Shown: positions 29,208-39,943, counted from the first letter of the stretch. The stretch: 64,000 nucleotides of DNA from Methanothrix sp. (GCA_963682135.1 OY821645.1:2496001-2560000), one strand, 5' to 3'. A program made the numbers and translations. Notes: a model not told the origin generated them from the sequence alone.

Positions 29208-30329
29208 TTACTGCTCCACAATGCTCTCCTCAATCTTCATTCCGAAGTGGCGGGCCGTCTCTTCCAGATGCACCAGCACCTCGTTGCCGGCCTTGAGATC
29301 AGTCACTGGCTTTGGTAAACCATCGGAGCCTACCAGCTTTATGGTCTCGGCATTTTGCAGCAGAGTGCTTATCTTCAGTCCATTGGCCTCCGCCTCAATG
29401 AGGATCATGGGCCTCTTCTCGATCTTGGCCCGGCCAACTATGGCCGTTCTGGCCAGCCCCTCCTTGCTGACTATGGTAACCTCATCTCCCGATTTTAGCT
29501 CGGAGAGGTAACGCGTCTTCTCTCCCACCCGGATGTAAGCGTGCACCGCGCCGGCATTCACCCGGAAGGGGCGCGCTGCCACGTAGGGGCTGTCTTCCGA
29601 CTCGCTGTGAACCAGGAAGAATCCTTTTGCCTGAGAGCCGATGAGCATGCCCTCTCCCAGAGACATCATGCTGGCTGTGTCCACGCATACCCGATCGCCC
29701 ATACCCACGGCCTTGACGGCAGTCACCTTCGCTGAAATCAGCTCTATTCGACCTTTTTGAGACTGATCGACAGCATCCATGACCCTCTTGACCTCAGAAG
29801 GATCATTGCTTTCCAGCAGCACACCGTCTGATCCCTTTTCCAGAGTAGCCAGTGCTAAACGCGTCTCCTCAGCCGTCTTGACACCGCTTATAATCATAAC
29901 TCGCGCACCCTGTAATCCGGCAATCATGTTCTCCAGGGGAATGACCTTCCAGTCCGTGCCGATGACGAGAAGATAGTCAACAATCTTGCCCATCTCCACA
30001 GCGAACTCTTCATACTTCTTGTTGGCAATAACCACATAAGCTGCCTTTGTTCCGGAAACAGTCTTGGCGAGAGCCCCGTCTAGAGAGCTGCCCTGCTCTT
30101 TAGGAAGAGCTACAGTCCCATCGCCTTCTCCGCCCTTGCCCACAACGAAAATATCCTCAGTCCCTCTCCCTACACCAAAGCAGGCCACCTTGATCTTGCC
30201 CAGTTCTCTCACCCGCTCGATGTTCTCTCTGTCTACCAGCACGCAGTCGAAGCCAGACTCGAGAGCGGTAGTGATCATGGGCTTGATCTCCTGCCAAGGC
30301 CCTTGTGCCATGAGCCACTTCTCTTTCAT
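29208..30329 (-). CDS. aroB: 3-dehydroquinate synthase II (archaeal AroB')
   Basis: 'DWKVIPLEN', 'GDRVCVDT', 'RPFRVNAGAVH', 'QNAETI', 'RHFG'. Confidence 0.95.
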   Translation of the reverse strand: MKEKWLMAQGPWQEIKPMITTALESGFDCVLVDRENIERVRELGKIKVACFGVGRGTEDIFVVGKGGEGDGTVALPKEQGSSLDGALAKTVSGTKAAYVVIANKKYEEFAVEMGKIVDYLLVIGTDWKVIPLENMIAGLQGARVMIISGVKTAEETRLALATLEKGSDGVLLESNDPSEVKRVMDAVDQSQKGRIELISAKVTAVKAVGMGDRVCVDTASMMSLGEGMLIGSQAKGFFLVHSESEDSPYVAARPFRVNAGAVHAYIRVGEKTRYLSELKSGDEVTIVSKEGLARTAIVGRAKIEKRPMILIEAEANGLKISTLLQNAETIKLVGSDGLPKPVTDLKAGNEVLVHLEETARHFGMKIEESIVEQ

Positions 30330-30402
30330 GTGCTACACCAGGGCATTCCATTACTAATCTCTTATGCTTAAAAAATTTATACAAGGAGCTGAGAATGAGT
30401 CT

Positions 30403-31110
30403 ATGGGAAATCGATTGGTTTATAGCCCTGTAAGCTTGCTCTTTATGCTACTACTTGCATTCTTGCTCTTTGCTGTGGTGGGCTTTCTATTTCTGGACCT
30501 GGCCAGGACGGCCTTCACCAAGATAGGCTTCTCCTGGAGCCAGGCGCTCTTTGTCCTGCTCGCCTCACTCCTGGGCAGCAGCATCAATATACCTCTGACC
30601 AATCTGCAGTGCAGCACTCCAATGGTGCAGGAGCGACAGATAAGGGCCTTCGGCATCAGTTACCGGGTGCCTGTGGTGGAGGTCGTAAGCTGCCATACAC
30701 TGCTGGCAGTCAACCTGGGCGGAGCGGTGATACCATCTCTGATATCCATAGCGCTAATCCACCGCTTCCCGGAGTCTCTAAATTATGCCCTCATGGGTAT
30801 CGCTTTCGTGACCATCTTAACCAATCTTGTAGCCAAGCCCGTTAAAGGTTTGGGAATTGTTACACCCGCTCTTCTTCCGCCTCTAGCTGCGGCGTTGGCC
30901 GCGATCCTGCTCGTTTATTTTGGGGGAGCGCCGCATGATCTCATCTTTCTCATTGCCTATGTGAGCGGAACTTTGGGGGCGCTCATTGGCGCTGATATCT
31001 TGAACCTCAACAAGATCCGTGATCTTGGGGCGCCAGTGGCCAGCATAGGCGGAGCCGGGACCTTTGACGGTGTCTTCCTGTCCGGCCTGATCGCAGTCTT
31101 GCTGCTGTGA
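30403..31110 (+). CDS. DUF1614 family membrane protein
   Basis: 'GSSINIP', 'AVNLGGAVIP', 'ASIGGAGTFDGVFLSG'. Confidence 0.9.
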   Translation: MGNRLVYSPVSLLFMLLLAFLLFAVVGFLFLDLARTAFTKIGFSWSQALFVLLASLLGSSINIPLTNLQCSTPMVQERQIRAFGISYRVPVVEVVSCHTLLAVNLGGAVIPSLISIALIHRFPESLNYALMGIAFVTILTNLVAKPVKGLGIVTPALLPPLAAALAAILLVYFGGAPHDLIFLIAYVSGTLGALIGADILNLNKIRDLGAPVASIGGAGTFDGVFLSGLIAVLLL

Positions 31111-31150
31111 ATGGAAAAAAGCTTTAAGATAGACGTTAGGGAGGTAAAGC

Positions 31151-32410
31151 ATGAGCTTTAGGGGTTTCCTGGAGGACCTGGAGAAGGACGGGCTGCTAAA
31201 AAATGTGCATGAATCCGTATCTCCCATCCATGAGGTTACGGATCGTGCCTGGGGAAAAGGCCCCATATTATTTGATAATGTAGATGGCCATAAGTGCTGC
31301 CTGAATATCCTGGGAACGCGCCCTCTGCTGGCACGAGCCCTGGGAATTGCGGCTCATGATATGGTCACTCATCTCGCCACCGTCGGCTACGAGGGGCCCG
31401 TTCGCGAGGTGGACTGCGCGCCCTTTATGGAGTGCGCGAGCATTCCCGATCTCTCCCGGCTGCCCGTTCTCACTCATTTCAAGGGGGATGGCGGGCCTTA
31501 CATCACCTCTGCAGTAGTTGTAAGCCAGTTTGCTGGGAAATTCAATGCCTGCGTGCACCGTCTTCAGGTACTGGGAAAAGATCGTCTGGCGGCACGTCTC
31601 GTTCCTGGAAGGCATACTCATCAGTTCTACCAGGCGGCAGTGGCCAAGGGAGTAGAGGTGCCGGTGGCCATTGCCATAGGAGTGGACCCGCTGCTGCTCA
31701 TAGCTGCATCCACGCGCGTTCCCCCGGAGAAGGAGTTTTCCTATGCTGCGGCTCTGCGAGGCTCTCCCGTGGAGCTGGTGCGCCTGGAGAACGGCTCTTT
31801 AGCCCCCCATGCCGAGATAGTGCTGGAGGGCTACATTACCGGCGAGCGGGCCAGCGAAGGGCCGTTTGTGGATATTACCGGTACTGCTGATCTCGTACGG
31901 CAGGAGCCTGTCATCCGGCTGACCAGGATGATGACCCGCGAGGATCCCATCTACCACGGCCTGCTTCCCGCGGGCGGCGAGCACAAGATGCTCATGGGCG
32001 TGCCCTACGAGCCGCTAATTTACAAAGAAGCCGCAAAGGTTGCCAGGGTCAAGAATGTCATCCTGACGGACGGAGGATGCAATTATTTCCATGCCGTGGT
32101 GCAGATAGAGAAGGAGACGGAGCAGGACGCGAGAAGAGTCATCGAGGCCGCCTTTCAGGCACACGGCTCGCTTAAGCATGTCCTGGTCGTCGACTCGGAC
32201 ATAGATGTCTACGATCCCTGCGACCTGGAGTTTGCCATTGCCACGCGCATGCGAGCCGATGAGGATCTCGTCATCCATCCCAATGTGCGGGGCAGCACCC
32301 TTGATCCGCGCAGCCGAGAGGGCATCACCACCAAGATGGGAGTGGACGCCACAGCCAGGCTGGAGCGGCTCTGGAAGTTTCAGAGGGTGACGCCCAAGGG
32401 GCAGGGCTAA
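31151..32410 (+). CDS. UbiD-family decarboxylase, likely anhydromevalonate phosphate decarboxylase
   Basis: 'DGGPYIT', 'EGPFVDITG', 'VVDSDID', 'KMGVDAT'; AcnX subunits present in the same window. Confidence 0.85.
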   Translation: MSFRGFLEDLEKDGLLKNVHESVSPIHEVTDRAWGKGPILFDNVDGHKCCLNILGTRPLLARALGIAAHDMVTHLATVGYEGPVREVDCAPFMECASIPDLSRLPVLTHFKGDGGPYITSAVVVSQFAGKFNACVHRLQVLGKDRLAARLVPGRHTHQFYQAAVAKGVEVPVAIAIGVDPLLLIAASTRVPPEKEFSYAAALRGSPVELVRLENGSLAPHAEIVLEGYITGERASEGPFVDITGTADLVRQEPVIRLTRMMTREDPIYHGLLPAGGEHKMLMGVPYEPLIYKEAAKVARVKNVILTDGGCNYFHAVVQIEKETEQDARRVIEAAFQAHGSLKHVLVVDSDIDVYDPCDLEFAIATRMRADEDLVIHPNVRGSTLDPRSREGITTKMGVDATARLERLWKFQRVTPKGQG

Positions 32411-32518
32411 AGAGCCCTACTGCTCTTTAGATCTCCAGATAGAGGCGAATGCTAAATACGACGCCCACAGCAAGGACTATTGATAGCATCAAGGCCAGGA
32501 CCTGCAACATTATCTCGC

Positions 32519-33577
32519 TCATTTTATCATATCTATCTTAGCATGCTTCTGGCCTATCTGCTTTTCTCTTCGCGGCCCGGATTGCCGGTACTGTGGGGAC
32601 GCCAGAACCTGGGCCGATTTCACCCCTGTAATTATGGCCATCAGCCTCACCTTTCCTGTAAAATCGGGACGAATCCTCGCTCCCCAGATGACATTGGCCT
32701 TGGGGTCCAACTCCTGGGTTAGGGCCCCGGCGATGGCGGCTGCCTCTTTCATGGTCATATCCGGCCCGCCGGTCATGTGCAGAAGGCAGGCTGTGGCTCC
32801 GCGATAGTCCACATCGAGCAGCGGATTTTTCAAGGCTGTGCGCACGATCTTCTCAGGGCTGCTCTTCATCTTGCCCTCACCCACAAACATGAAGGATGCG
32901 CCACCGGAGCTCATGATGGTGCAAACATCGGCAAAGTCCAGGTTGATGAGAGAAGGACTTGTCAGGGTCTCGCAGATGCCCTGCACGATCTCGGCGATGA
33001 TCTGGTCGACAACAAAAAAGGCCTGCTGGAAAGGCAGATGAGGTGCGCATTCCAGGAGGCGGTTGTTGTCCATGACAATTGATGTATCGGCATAGCCAGA
33101 GAGCGCCTCCAGTCCCTCCTCTGCTACAAAGATGCGTGCCCTCTCCAGGTGGAAAGGTGTGGTTACCATGGCCACTACAATTGCGCCCCGTTCTTTGGCC
33201 AGACGGGCCACGACCGGAGCCGATCCCGTGCCCGTGCCCCCTCCCAGGCCCGCGATCACAAAGACCAGGTCGGCCCCCCGCAGCATGCTCTCCAGCTCGG
33301 CTGCCGCCATCTCCGCCGCCTTTCGGCCCACCTCGGGATCGCCGCCCGCGCCCATGCCCCTGGTGAGCGTCTGGCCGATGAGAATCTTCTCATCCGCCTG
33401 GGCAGTGTTTAGATGCTGGTTGTCTGTGTTGACGGCCACGGTCTTTGCGCCTGTTAGGCCCATCCTGGCCAGCCGGCTCACAGTGTTATTGCCTGCTCCC
33501 CCGCAGCCGACGACCAGGATCTTGGGCATGCCAAAACCCTCTTCATATTCTTTGGACTCACGTAGATCTGACTGCAA
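32519..33577 (-). CDS. ftsZ: Cell division GTPase FtsZ
   Basis: 'VGCGGAGNN', 'NTD', 'GLGGGTGTG', 'INLDFADV'. Confidence 0.97.
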   Translation of the reverse strand: MQSDLRESKEYEEGFGMPKILVVGCGGAGNNTVSRLARMGLTGAKTVAVNTDNQHLNTAQADEKILIGQTLTRGMGAGGDPEVGRKAAEMAAAELESMLRGADLVFVIAGLGGGTGTGSAPVVARLAKERGAIVVAMVTTPFHLERARIFVAEEGLEALSGYADTSIVMDNNRLLECAPHLPFQQAFFVVDQIIAEIVQGICETLTSPSLINLDFADVCTIMSSGGASFMFVGEGKMKSSPEKIVRTALKNPLLDVDYRGATACLLHMTGGPDMTMKEAAAIAGALTQELDPKANVIWGARIRPDFTGKVRLMAIITGVKSAQVLASPQYRQSGPRREKQIGQKHAKIDMIK

Positions 33578-33770
33578 CTCTCTATTTCCCCCTCATTGCT
33601 AGCTAATTAAATCGTGATATAAGTTAATAATTATTGCGGACAAGTGCTTGAACGCATGAGGATCGTTTGTGGACGATGATAAAAACGACTCATCTACGCC
33701 CCTCAGCTTTCCAACGACGCCTCTAATCCCTTAGGTTTAAATCTTTTAAAGACCCAATACATAACCTGAT

Positions 33771-34025
33771 ATGTTCTGTGAATACATTCATGCGGCGCTG
33801 TGCAAAGCAACTTATGAGATCATTGATGACGAAGAGCCATTTTATGGTGAGATAACAGAACTGCGAGGAGTTTGGGCCATAGGAAGAACTCTTGAAGAAT
33901 GCCGGGAAAATCTAAAAGGCGTTGTCGAAGGATGGATTGCTCTGAGATTGAGTTTGGGTCTGGCAATTCCTCCTGTCGGCGGGCATACCATAGAAACACC
34001 CAGCAGGGCTACCGCAGTTGTCTAG
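33771..34025 (+). CDS. hicB: HicB-family antitoxin
   Basis: 'FYGEITELRGVWAIGRTLEECRENL..V.EGWI...L..G..IP'. Confidence 0.88.
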   Translation: MFCEYIHAALCKATYEIIDDEEPFYGEITELRGVWAIGRTLEECRENLKGVVEGWIALRLSLGLAIPPVGGHTIETPSRATAVV

Positions 34026-34093
34026 GATTACAAATGTCTCAGATCTTGAAACAAGCAGAAGTGAGTCGCGAAGAGTGGCTTTCTACTGGGTGA
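34018..34093 (+). pseudogene. hicA: HicA toxin remnant with internal deletion
   Basis: TTG start 'MSRITNVS' overlapping the hicB stop, joined out of frame to 'SQILKQAEVSREEW'. Confidence 0.65.
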
Positions 34094-34126
34094 AAATCGC
34101 AAGGTGCTTTTTTTCGCGAGGTTTCG

Positions 34127-34537
34127 ATGTCAATATTACGGGGCGCAGATGATCTGGCACAGTTCATCGCCGCGAACTACTCGGGCCGCGTGGTCGAGGT
34201 AGGGGCAGGCTTTGCCGCGGAGGTAGCCTTAGGCCTGCAAGCGCGCGGCCTGGATGTGGTGCTCACCGATAAAGAGGAGCGGCTCCTGGGCTGCCTGCGG
34301 GTGGAGAAGGATGACATATTCTTGCCCCGCCTGGAGCTGTACCGGGGAGCAAGCCTGATCTACTCCATCCGCCCGCCTCTGGAGATGCAACTGGCCATGG
34401 GCCTGCTCGCTTTGCGGATCGGCGCGGATGTCCTGGTCCGGCCGCTGATGGATGAGGTGACTATCCTACAGGGCTTTGCCCGGCGGCTGGTCAATAGCGG
34501 GGAGGCGAGGTTCTACCTGTTTAAGGCGAGGGCGTAG
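34127..34537 (+). CDS. UPF0146 family protein
   Basis: 'VVEVGAG', 'DDIF.P....Y..A.LIYSIRPP.E'. Confidence 0.9.
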   Translation: MSILRGADDLAQFIAANYSGRVVEVGAGFAAEVALGLQARGLDVVLTDKEERLLGCLRVEKDDIFLPRLELYRGASLIYSIRPPLEMQLAMGLLALRIGADVLVRPLMDEVTILQGFARRLVNSGEARFYLFKARA

Positions 34538-34601
34538 TTAGCTGCTTTTCCCCAAGAAAGCTAACAAAACGGTAAGATAATAGATGGTTAATCCGTGGGC
34601 C

Positions 34602-34658
34602 ATGAAAATCGCTCTCGTTGGTGGAACGGGTGATATCGACACCCAGGAATTGCCATAG
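34602..34658 (+). pseudogene. N-terminal remnant resembling F420-dependent NADP reductase (NpdG/Fno)
   Basis: MKIALVGGTGDIDTQELP*; the first 12 residues match the NpdG Rossmann start. Confidence 0.5.
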
Positions 34659-34706
34659 TTTCCGAGCGGATTAGCTAAGTAAAAAAGAGTTGCATTTTTT
34701 CGTCTA

Positions 34707-35126
34707 TCACGGGTTTTTTCTGCTCCTTCCCAGCACCATCTGCTTGGTGGCCCTATCCGACTCAATATTGCGCCGGCAGACCGGGCAGACCCGGATCCAC
34801 TCCAGGCCTTCGGAGTCTTTCTGCAAATTGACAGGAATAACGGACTCAATCCTGCGCAGCATGGGCTCTGTGGCATAGCGCGATTTGCAGATCTTGCAGG
34901 CTACCATATCAAAGGAAATATCCGGCTCAGGTACGGCCTCATCGAAGGCCACCAAGGTTAGAGCATGGCCTGGGCAAAACTCTACGCATAGATCGCACTC
35001 CTCTTTGCACCTCTTCCAGTGGATGCTGCGCTTCTCTTCCGTCTCGATACGGACAATATTTTGACTGGGACAGACATTGGAGCAAGACCGGCAGCCCAGG
35101 CATAGACTGGTATCAACTTTGATCAT
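34707..35126 (-). CDS. 4Fe-4S ferredoxin-like protein
   Basis: CxxCxxCxxxCP, 'CKEECDLCVEFCP', plus CxxC...CPxC. Confidence 0.9.
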   Translation of the reverse strand: MIKVDTSLCLGCRSCSNVCPSQNIVRIETEEKRSIHWKRCKEECDLCVEFCPGHALTLVAFDEAVPEPDISFDMVACKICKSRYATEPMLRRIESVIPVNLQKDSEGLEWIRVCPVCRRNIESDRATKQMVLGRSRKNP

Positions 35127-35560
35127 CTTCTACCTCCCTGGGCAGCAGCCCGAGCAGCGCGTGCCCGCGTCCGGCGAGACGCCAGCTCAAAATCAGTGGA
35201 TAGAGCATTGGCAGGACAGGTTTTAACACAGGTGGGCTCATCTTTGCCCTCACAGAGATCACACTTATGAGCAATCTTATCCGTCCAGACCACTCCGAAG
35301 GGACAAGCCAACTGGCAGAGACCGCATCCGGTGCACTTTTCCACATCAAAAGCCGTGCGTTCTCCCTCTTTATGCAGAGCGCCGCTAAAGCAGGCGATAG
35401 TGCAGTTTGCCTCCTCACAATGATGACAGAAAAGGGGAACGGAGGCATAGTCTCCTACAAAATGCACATTAATGTGTCCGCTACCAGCATGCACTCTCTG
35501 GCAGGCCACCTCGCAAGAACGGCAGCCAATACATCTGCTGATGTCAATATAAACGGGCAT
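35123..35560 (-). CDS. Four-cluster Fe-S electron-transfer subunit (HycB/DmsB-like)
   Basis: 'CIGCRSCEVAC', 'CHHCEEANC', 'CTGCGLCQLACP', 'KCDLC...CVKTCP'. Confidence 0.92.
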   Translation of the reverse strand: MPVYIDISRCIGCRSCEVACQRVHAGSGHINVHFVGDYASVPLFCHHCEEANCTIACFSGALHKEGERTAFDVEKCTGCGLCQLACPFGVVWTDKIAHKCDLCEGKDEPTCVKTCPANALSTDFELASRRTRARAARAAAQGGRR

Positions 35561-37603
35561 TTAATCCCTCCGGGAAATCTTGCAGGCCGAGACCTTGAAC
35601 TCCGGTATCTTGGCATCCGGATCAGTTATATCTGCGGTAAGTATATTGGTTCCAGGGAAATGGAAGGGCATGAATACCACACCCTTTTTTACTCTATCGG
35701 TGAGACGGGCATAGGCCTGGGTTTCACCTCGGGGCGTAGTTATGGTCACCTCATCTCCATCGGCCACCTTCAACCTTAACGCATCATCAGTGTTGATCTC
35801 CACATATAAATCAGGTTCTCGCTCTATTAGAGAGGGGCTTCTCCGGGTCATGGACCCTGCGTTGTGGTGCACGGCAACCCGTCCGGTGGTCAGGATTAAG
35901 GGATAATCCCAGCTGGTGTCCTCTGCCGCCGGACGATATAGAACCGGAACAATAGCGGCGCGTCCCTCGGCCAGCTTGAAGCCTGCGCTGTGAAGTATGG
36001 GCGTTCCCGGATGATCGATGCTGGGGCAGGGCCAAACCAGACCAAATCCGCCCAGCCGTTCCCGGGTTATGCCGGCATATTGCGGAACGAATCGGTTGAT
36101 CTCCGCCAGAACACTGGCCGCATCAGGATAGAAAAGATCTATTCCCAGGCTCCTGCCAACTTTGCATACGATCTCCAGATCAGATAGAGCCGCCCCCGGT
36201 GGCTCAATGGCTTTATGGCTCCACTGCACACGCCTTTCCGTATTGGTGAAGCTTCCTTCCTTCTCCGCCCAGGCAGCTGCCGGTAAAACAACATCAGCAA
36301 GCTGAGAAGTCGCCGTCATGAATATATCCTGCACTACCAAGAAATCCAGGCTCTCCAGAGCTTTCCGAGTATGATCACTGCTGGGATCGGAGTTGGCCGG
36401 ATCTTCGCCCACAATATACATGGCTTTAACCTCTCCAGAGGCGGCTGCATCGATCATCTCCGTGGCTGTAAGGCCAGGTCCCAGCGGCAGGCATTCCGCC
36501 CCCCAGGCAGAAGAGAAGTAATTGATGGTATTTGGATCGTCCGCCTTTTTGTAGCCGGGATAAAATTCAGCCAGCGCCCCCATATCACAGGCGCCCTGCA
36601 CATTGTTCTGACCGCGCAAAGGCATGACCCCTGTGCCCGGCTTTCCCAGATGCCCACAGATGAGAGCCAGGTTGGAAATTGCCTGCACATTGTCCGTGCC
36701 CGTGCTGTGCTGCGTAATCCCCATGGAATAGAGAATACAAGAGGCTGGTGATATGGCGTAAGAGCGCGCCGCTCTCACAATATCGCCTGCTGCCACTCCT
36801 GTGATCTCTGCCGCCTTTTCCGGAGTGTAATCTTTGAGTGATTCTCGATACTCTTCAAAACCCCTGGTCCATTGGGAGATGTAATCAATATCAATCAGGC
36901 CCTCTTTGATTATGACATGAGCCATGCCGTTCAAGAGAGCTACATCAGTTCCTGGCTTAAGTTGCAGGAAGACATCCGCCATCCAGGAGGTATGGGTCGC
37001 GCGCGGATCGGCTACGATTACTACCGCACCTACATCCTTAGCCCTGTGAATCCAACGAGTGATAACAGGATGATTTTCTGCTAAATTTGATCCGATGATG
37101 AATATGCACCGAGAGTTGGCGATATCCGGTATGGGATTGGTCATTCCTGCTGCACCCAGGGTACGGTTCAATCCCACCACGGAAGGAGCGTGACACAACC
37201 TTGCGCAGTTGTCCACATTGGGCGTGCCCAAAAGGCGAGCCAATTTCTCGATCAGATAATTCTCCTCGTTGCTGCATTTGGAAGAGGAAAGAATGGCAAT
37301 ACTGTCGGGACCATAATTCTTGACGGCATCGCATAGTCCCCGAGCCACCAGCTGCATAGCCTCCTCCCAGGATATCCTGGAAAAGCCTTCTCCTTTTCTC
37401 TTGAGGGGAGAATTAAGCCTCTCCCGGTGGTAGAGGATCTCCAAAGCCGCGTTTCCTTTAGAGCACAAAGCCCCCTCACTCACAGGATGGTTGGGCATAT
37501 ATTCTATCCCGATGGCGCGCTCTTTCTCGGCTTCAATGAATAATCCGCAGCCCGCACCACAATATGGACAGACGGTTGGAACAAGCACTTTTGTCATCTT
37601 CAT
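35561..37603 (-). CDS. fdhA: Formate dehydrogenase alpha subunit (Mo/W-bisPGD, Cys ligand)
   Basis: 'CPYCGAGC', 'LCSKG', 'CARLCHAPS', 'PLRGQNNVQG', 'KIPEFK'. Confidence 0.92.
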   Translation of the reverse strand: MKMTKVLVPTVCPYCGAGCGLFIEAEKERAIGIEYMPNHPVSEGALCSKGNAALEILYHRERLNSPLKRKGEGFSRISWEEAMQLVARGLCDAVKNYGPDSIAILSSSKCSNEENYLIEKLARLLGTPNVDNCARLCHAPSVVGLNRTLGAAGMTNPIPDIANSRCIFIIGSNLAENHPVITRWIHRAKDVGAVVIVADPRATHTSWMADVFLQLKPGTDVALLNGMAHVIIKEGLIDIDYISQWTRGFEEYRESLKDYTPEKAAEITGVAAGDIVRAARSYAISPASCILYSMGITQHSTGTDNVQAISNLALICGHLGKPGTGVMPLRGQNNVQGACDMGALAEFYPGYKKADDPNTINYFSSAWGAECLPLGPGLTATEMIDAAASGEVKAMYIVGEDPANSDPSSDHTRKALESLDFLVVQDIFMTATSQLADVVLPAAAWAEKEGSFTNTERRVQWSHKAIEPPGAALSDLEIVCKVGRSLGIDLFYPDAASVLAEINRFVPQYAGITRERLGGFGLVWPCPSIDHPGTPILHSAGFKLAEGRAAIVPVLYRPAAEDTSWDYPLILTTGRVAVHHNAGSMTRRSPSLIEREPDLYVEINTDDALRLKVADGDEVTITTPRGETQAYARLTDRVKKGVVFMPFHFPGTNILTADITDPDAKIPEFKVSACKISRRD

Positions 37604-37607
37604 CCCT

Positions 37608-38432
37608 TTAGTAAGCGTAGAGATTGCTGTAGGGCCTCTTCGACCTGGGCCTGAGCCTGAAGAACTGAGATGTCATTATTTCTTTCTGGCTCTTGCCAAT
37701 TTCTGGAAAGCGCTCCACGAACCTGGAGATATATCGCTCCAATACGGCCCTGTCGGCCTCATCTATGGGAGAGACGTCCACCTGTCCGCCCAACTGATGC
37801 GGCTCTACATGGCCTCGCAGATAGATCACGCCACCATGCATGCCTGTGCCTATGAAGTTGGCTTTGTGAGTCTGGCCGAGCAGGTCAAGGATTATAACAA
37901 TTCCGCCGGACATGTACTCGCCCAAAAAGTCCTGCGTATGGCCCCCTACTACCAGAACAGGCTTCTTCTCCTCATACTCCTTCATGTGCAGAGCTGTTCT
38001 ATAGCCGCAATTATCCCGCACATAAATCTCGCCCCCCCGCATGGAAAAACCCAGGACATCTCCGGCCCTTCCTTTCACGACTATCTCCCCGTCATCCATT
38101 GTGTTTCCCACGCCATCCTGGGCATTACCATGCACAGTTATCTTATGGCCATAGAGAAAGGCTGCCAGGTCATTACCGGGAGTGCCGAATATCTCGATCT
38201 CCATTTTAAGATGCTCGGGTGTGTAGAGGCGGGTGCCGATGTACCTCTGGCCGAAGACATTTCTGATGTTGACCTTTTTTACGCCGGAGAGCATCAAATT
38301 CCTGATCCTTTCATTTAGTTCTTTTGTCTTAAGGTCTGTGGCATCGATCTCTACAGCAATTATCCTCTCATCAACTTGATCTGCCTCGATACTGGTTTGG
38401 GATGCAATAGCGTTCGCCATTTCCGGCCTCAC
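37608..38432 (-). CDS. gltB: Glutamate synthase GXGXG subunit (GltB3)
   Basis: 'GQRYIG', 'GTPGNDL', 'GNAQDGVGNTM', 'FLGEYMSGG'. Confidence 0.92.
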   Translation of the reverse strand: MRPEMANAIASQTSIEADQVDERIIAVEIDATDLKTKELNERIRNLMLSGVKKVNIRNVFGQRYIGTRLYTPEHLKMEIEIFGTPGNDLAAFLYGHKITVHGNAQDGVGNTMDDGEIVVKGRAGDVLGFSMRGGEIYVRDNCGYRTALHMKEYEEKKPVLVVGGHTQDFLGEYMSGGIVIILDLLGQTHKANFIGTGMHGGVIYLRGHVEPHQLGGQVDVSPIDEADRAVLERYISRFVERFPEIGKSQKEIMTSQFFRLRPRSKRPYSNLYAY

Positions 38433-39943
38433 TCTCCCGCGCCCTTGATCCCCAGAACATCAAGCTCCCACTCGTATAGCCCCACGCCCCGCAGATGGTC
38501 CCGGTTGCCGCGCAGGCTTTCTAAGGCGTTGATGCCCATGCCGCCCAGCATCTCGGCAATCTCATGCGACCAGGCTGATATGAGATTGGACAGCCTCTGC
38601 GAGGCGATATCCACATTCAACCGGCCTGACAGGCGCGGATCCTGGGTGCATATTCCCCAGTTGCATTTACCAGTATAGCATTTCTGGCAGAGGGTGCATC
38701 CCATGGCGATCAATGCTGCAGATCCGATATAGACGGCATCTGCACCTAAGGCTATGGCCTTGATTACGTCGCTGCTGCATCTAATTCCACCAGCGGCAAT
38801 GATGGAGCATCTGTTTCTGATGCCTTCACTACGCAGGCGTCGATCCAATGATGATATGGCAAGCTCTGTAGGTATGCCCACATTGTCCCGGATGGCTTTA
38901 GGAGCTGCTCCCGTTCCGCCTCGCAGGCCGTCAATGGCGATTATGTCCGCACCGGCGCGCACTATTCCCGAAGCTATAGCGGCAAAGTTATGCACGGCAG
39001 CGATCTTGACGGATATGGGCTTTTCGTAGTTGGTGGCTTCCTTCAGAGCTGAGATCAGCATGGAAAGATCTTCGATAGAGTAGATATCATGATGCGGAGC
39101 TGGTGAGATGGCATCTGTACCCATGGGAATCATGCGTGTCTTTGCCACAGCAGCTGAGACCTTCTCGCCTGGTAAATGGCCGCCGATTCCTGGTTTTGCT
39201 CCCTGACCTACCTTGATCTCCACTGCCTGAGCGCAGTTCAGGTACTCGGCATCAATGCCGAAGCGGCCTGAAGCCACCTGCACAATGGCGCATCTTCCAA
39301 ACTCCTCTCTCATCTCGCGGGGAAGGCCTCCTTCTCCGGTGTTGAAGTAGGTTCCTGACCTACAGGCTGCCGTCGCCAGGGAGCGGAAGGCGTTGTAGCT
39401 TATGGCTCCGTAGGACATGGCCGAGAAAAGAATGGGCGTTTGTACCATCAGATTTGGCGAGAGATTGGTCTTGATCTCTACATCTCCATCCTTTACTGAG
39501 ATATCCATTATGTCGGGTTTAGCCCCCAGGAAGGTGCGCAGCTCCATCGGTTCTCGTAAGGGATCGATGGACGGGTTGGTGACCTGAGAGGCATTGAGCA
39601 CAATGTGGTCCCAGTAGATGCGAAATGGCTTGTCGTTACCCGATCCGGTAAGGATCACTCCACCAGTCTCGGCCTGTTTCTTCAGATCCTCCAGCTTCTC
39701 GCGTGACCATGAAGCATTGGGTCGGTAGAACGAAGGTGTGGGCCGGACTACGATGGCATTTTTAGGACAGAAGACGACACATCTCTGGCACCCGGCGCAC
39801 TTGTAGTCTTCGGATATCAGCCGATCAGCTACCGGATCGTAGGTGTGGGTGCCAAAAGCACACTGCCTTTCGCAACCTCTACACTGGCCGCATTTCTCTT
39901 CGTCCCTTATGATCTGAAACTCTGGAAAGACGAATGATTTCAT
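38429..39943 (-). CDS. gltB: Glutamate synthase FMN subunit (GltB2) with N-terminal 2x[4Fe-4S]
   Basis: 'AMSYGA', 'NTGEGG', 'QVASGRFG', 'KVGQGAKPGIGGHLPGEKV', 'CTLCQKCYTGKC'. Confidence 0.96.
   Translation of the reverse strand: MKSFVFPEFQIIRDEEKCGQCRGCERQCAFGTHTYDPVADRLISEDYKCAGCQRCVVFCPKNAIVVRPTPSFYRPNASWSREKLEDLKKQAETGGVILTGSGNDKPFRIYWDHIVLNASQVTNPSIDPLREPMELRTFLGAKPDIMDISVKDGDVEIKTNLSPNLMVQTPILFSAMSYGAISYNAFRSLATAACRSGTYFNTGEGGLPREMREEFGRCAIVQVASGRFGIDAEYLNCAQAVEIKVGQGAKPGIGGHLPGEKVSAAVAKTRMIPMGTDAISPAPHHDIYSIEDLSMLISALKEATNYEKPISVKIAAVHNFAAIASGIVRAGADIIAIDGLRGGTGAAPKAIRDNVGIPTELAISSLDRRLRSEGIRNRCSIIAAGGIRCSSDVIKAIALGADAVYIGSAALIAMGCTLCQKCYTGKCNWGICTQDPRLSGRLNVDIASQRLSNLISAWSHEIAEMLGGMGINALESLRGNRDHLRGVGLYEWELDVLGIKGAGE

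Noticed and set aside
35561-37603. Selenocysteine or pyrrolysine recoding in fdhA
   Set aside because: The active-site ligand is an ordinary Cys codon and there is no in-frame stop
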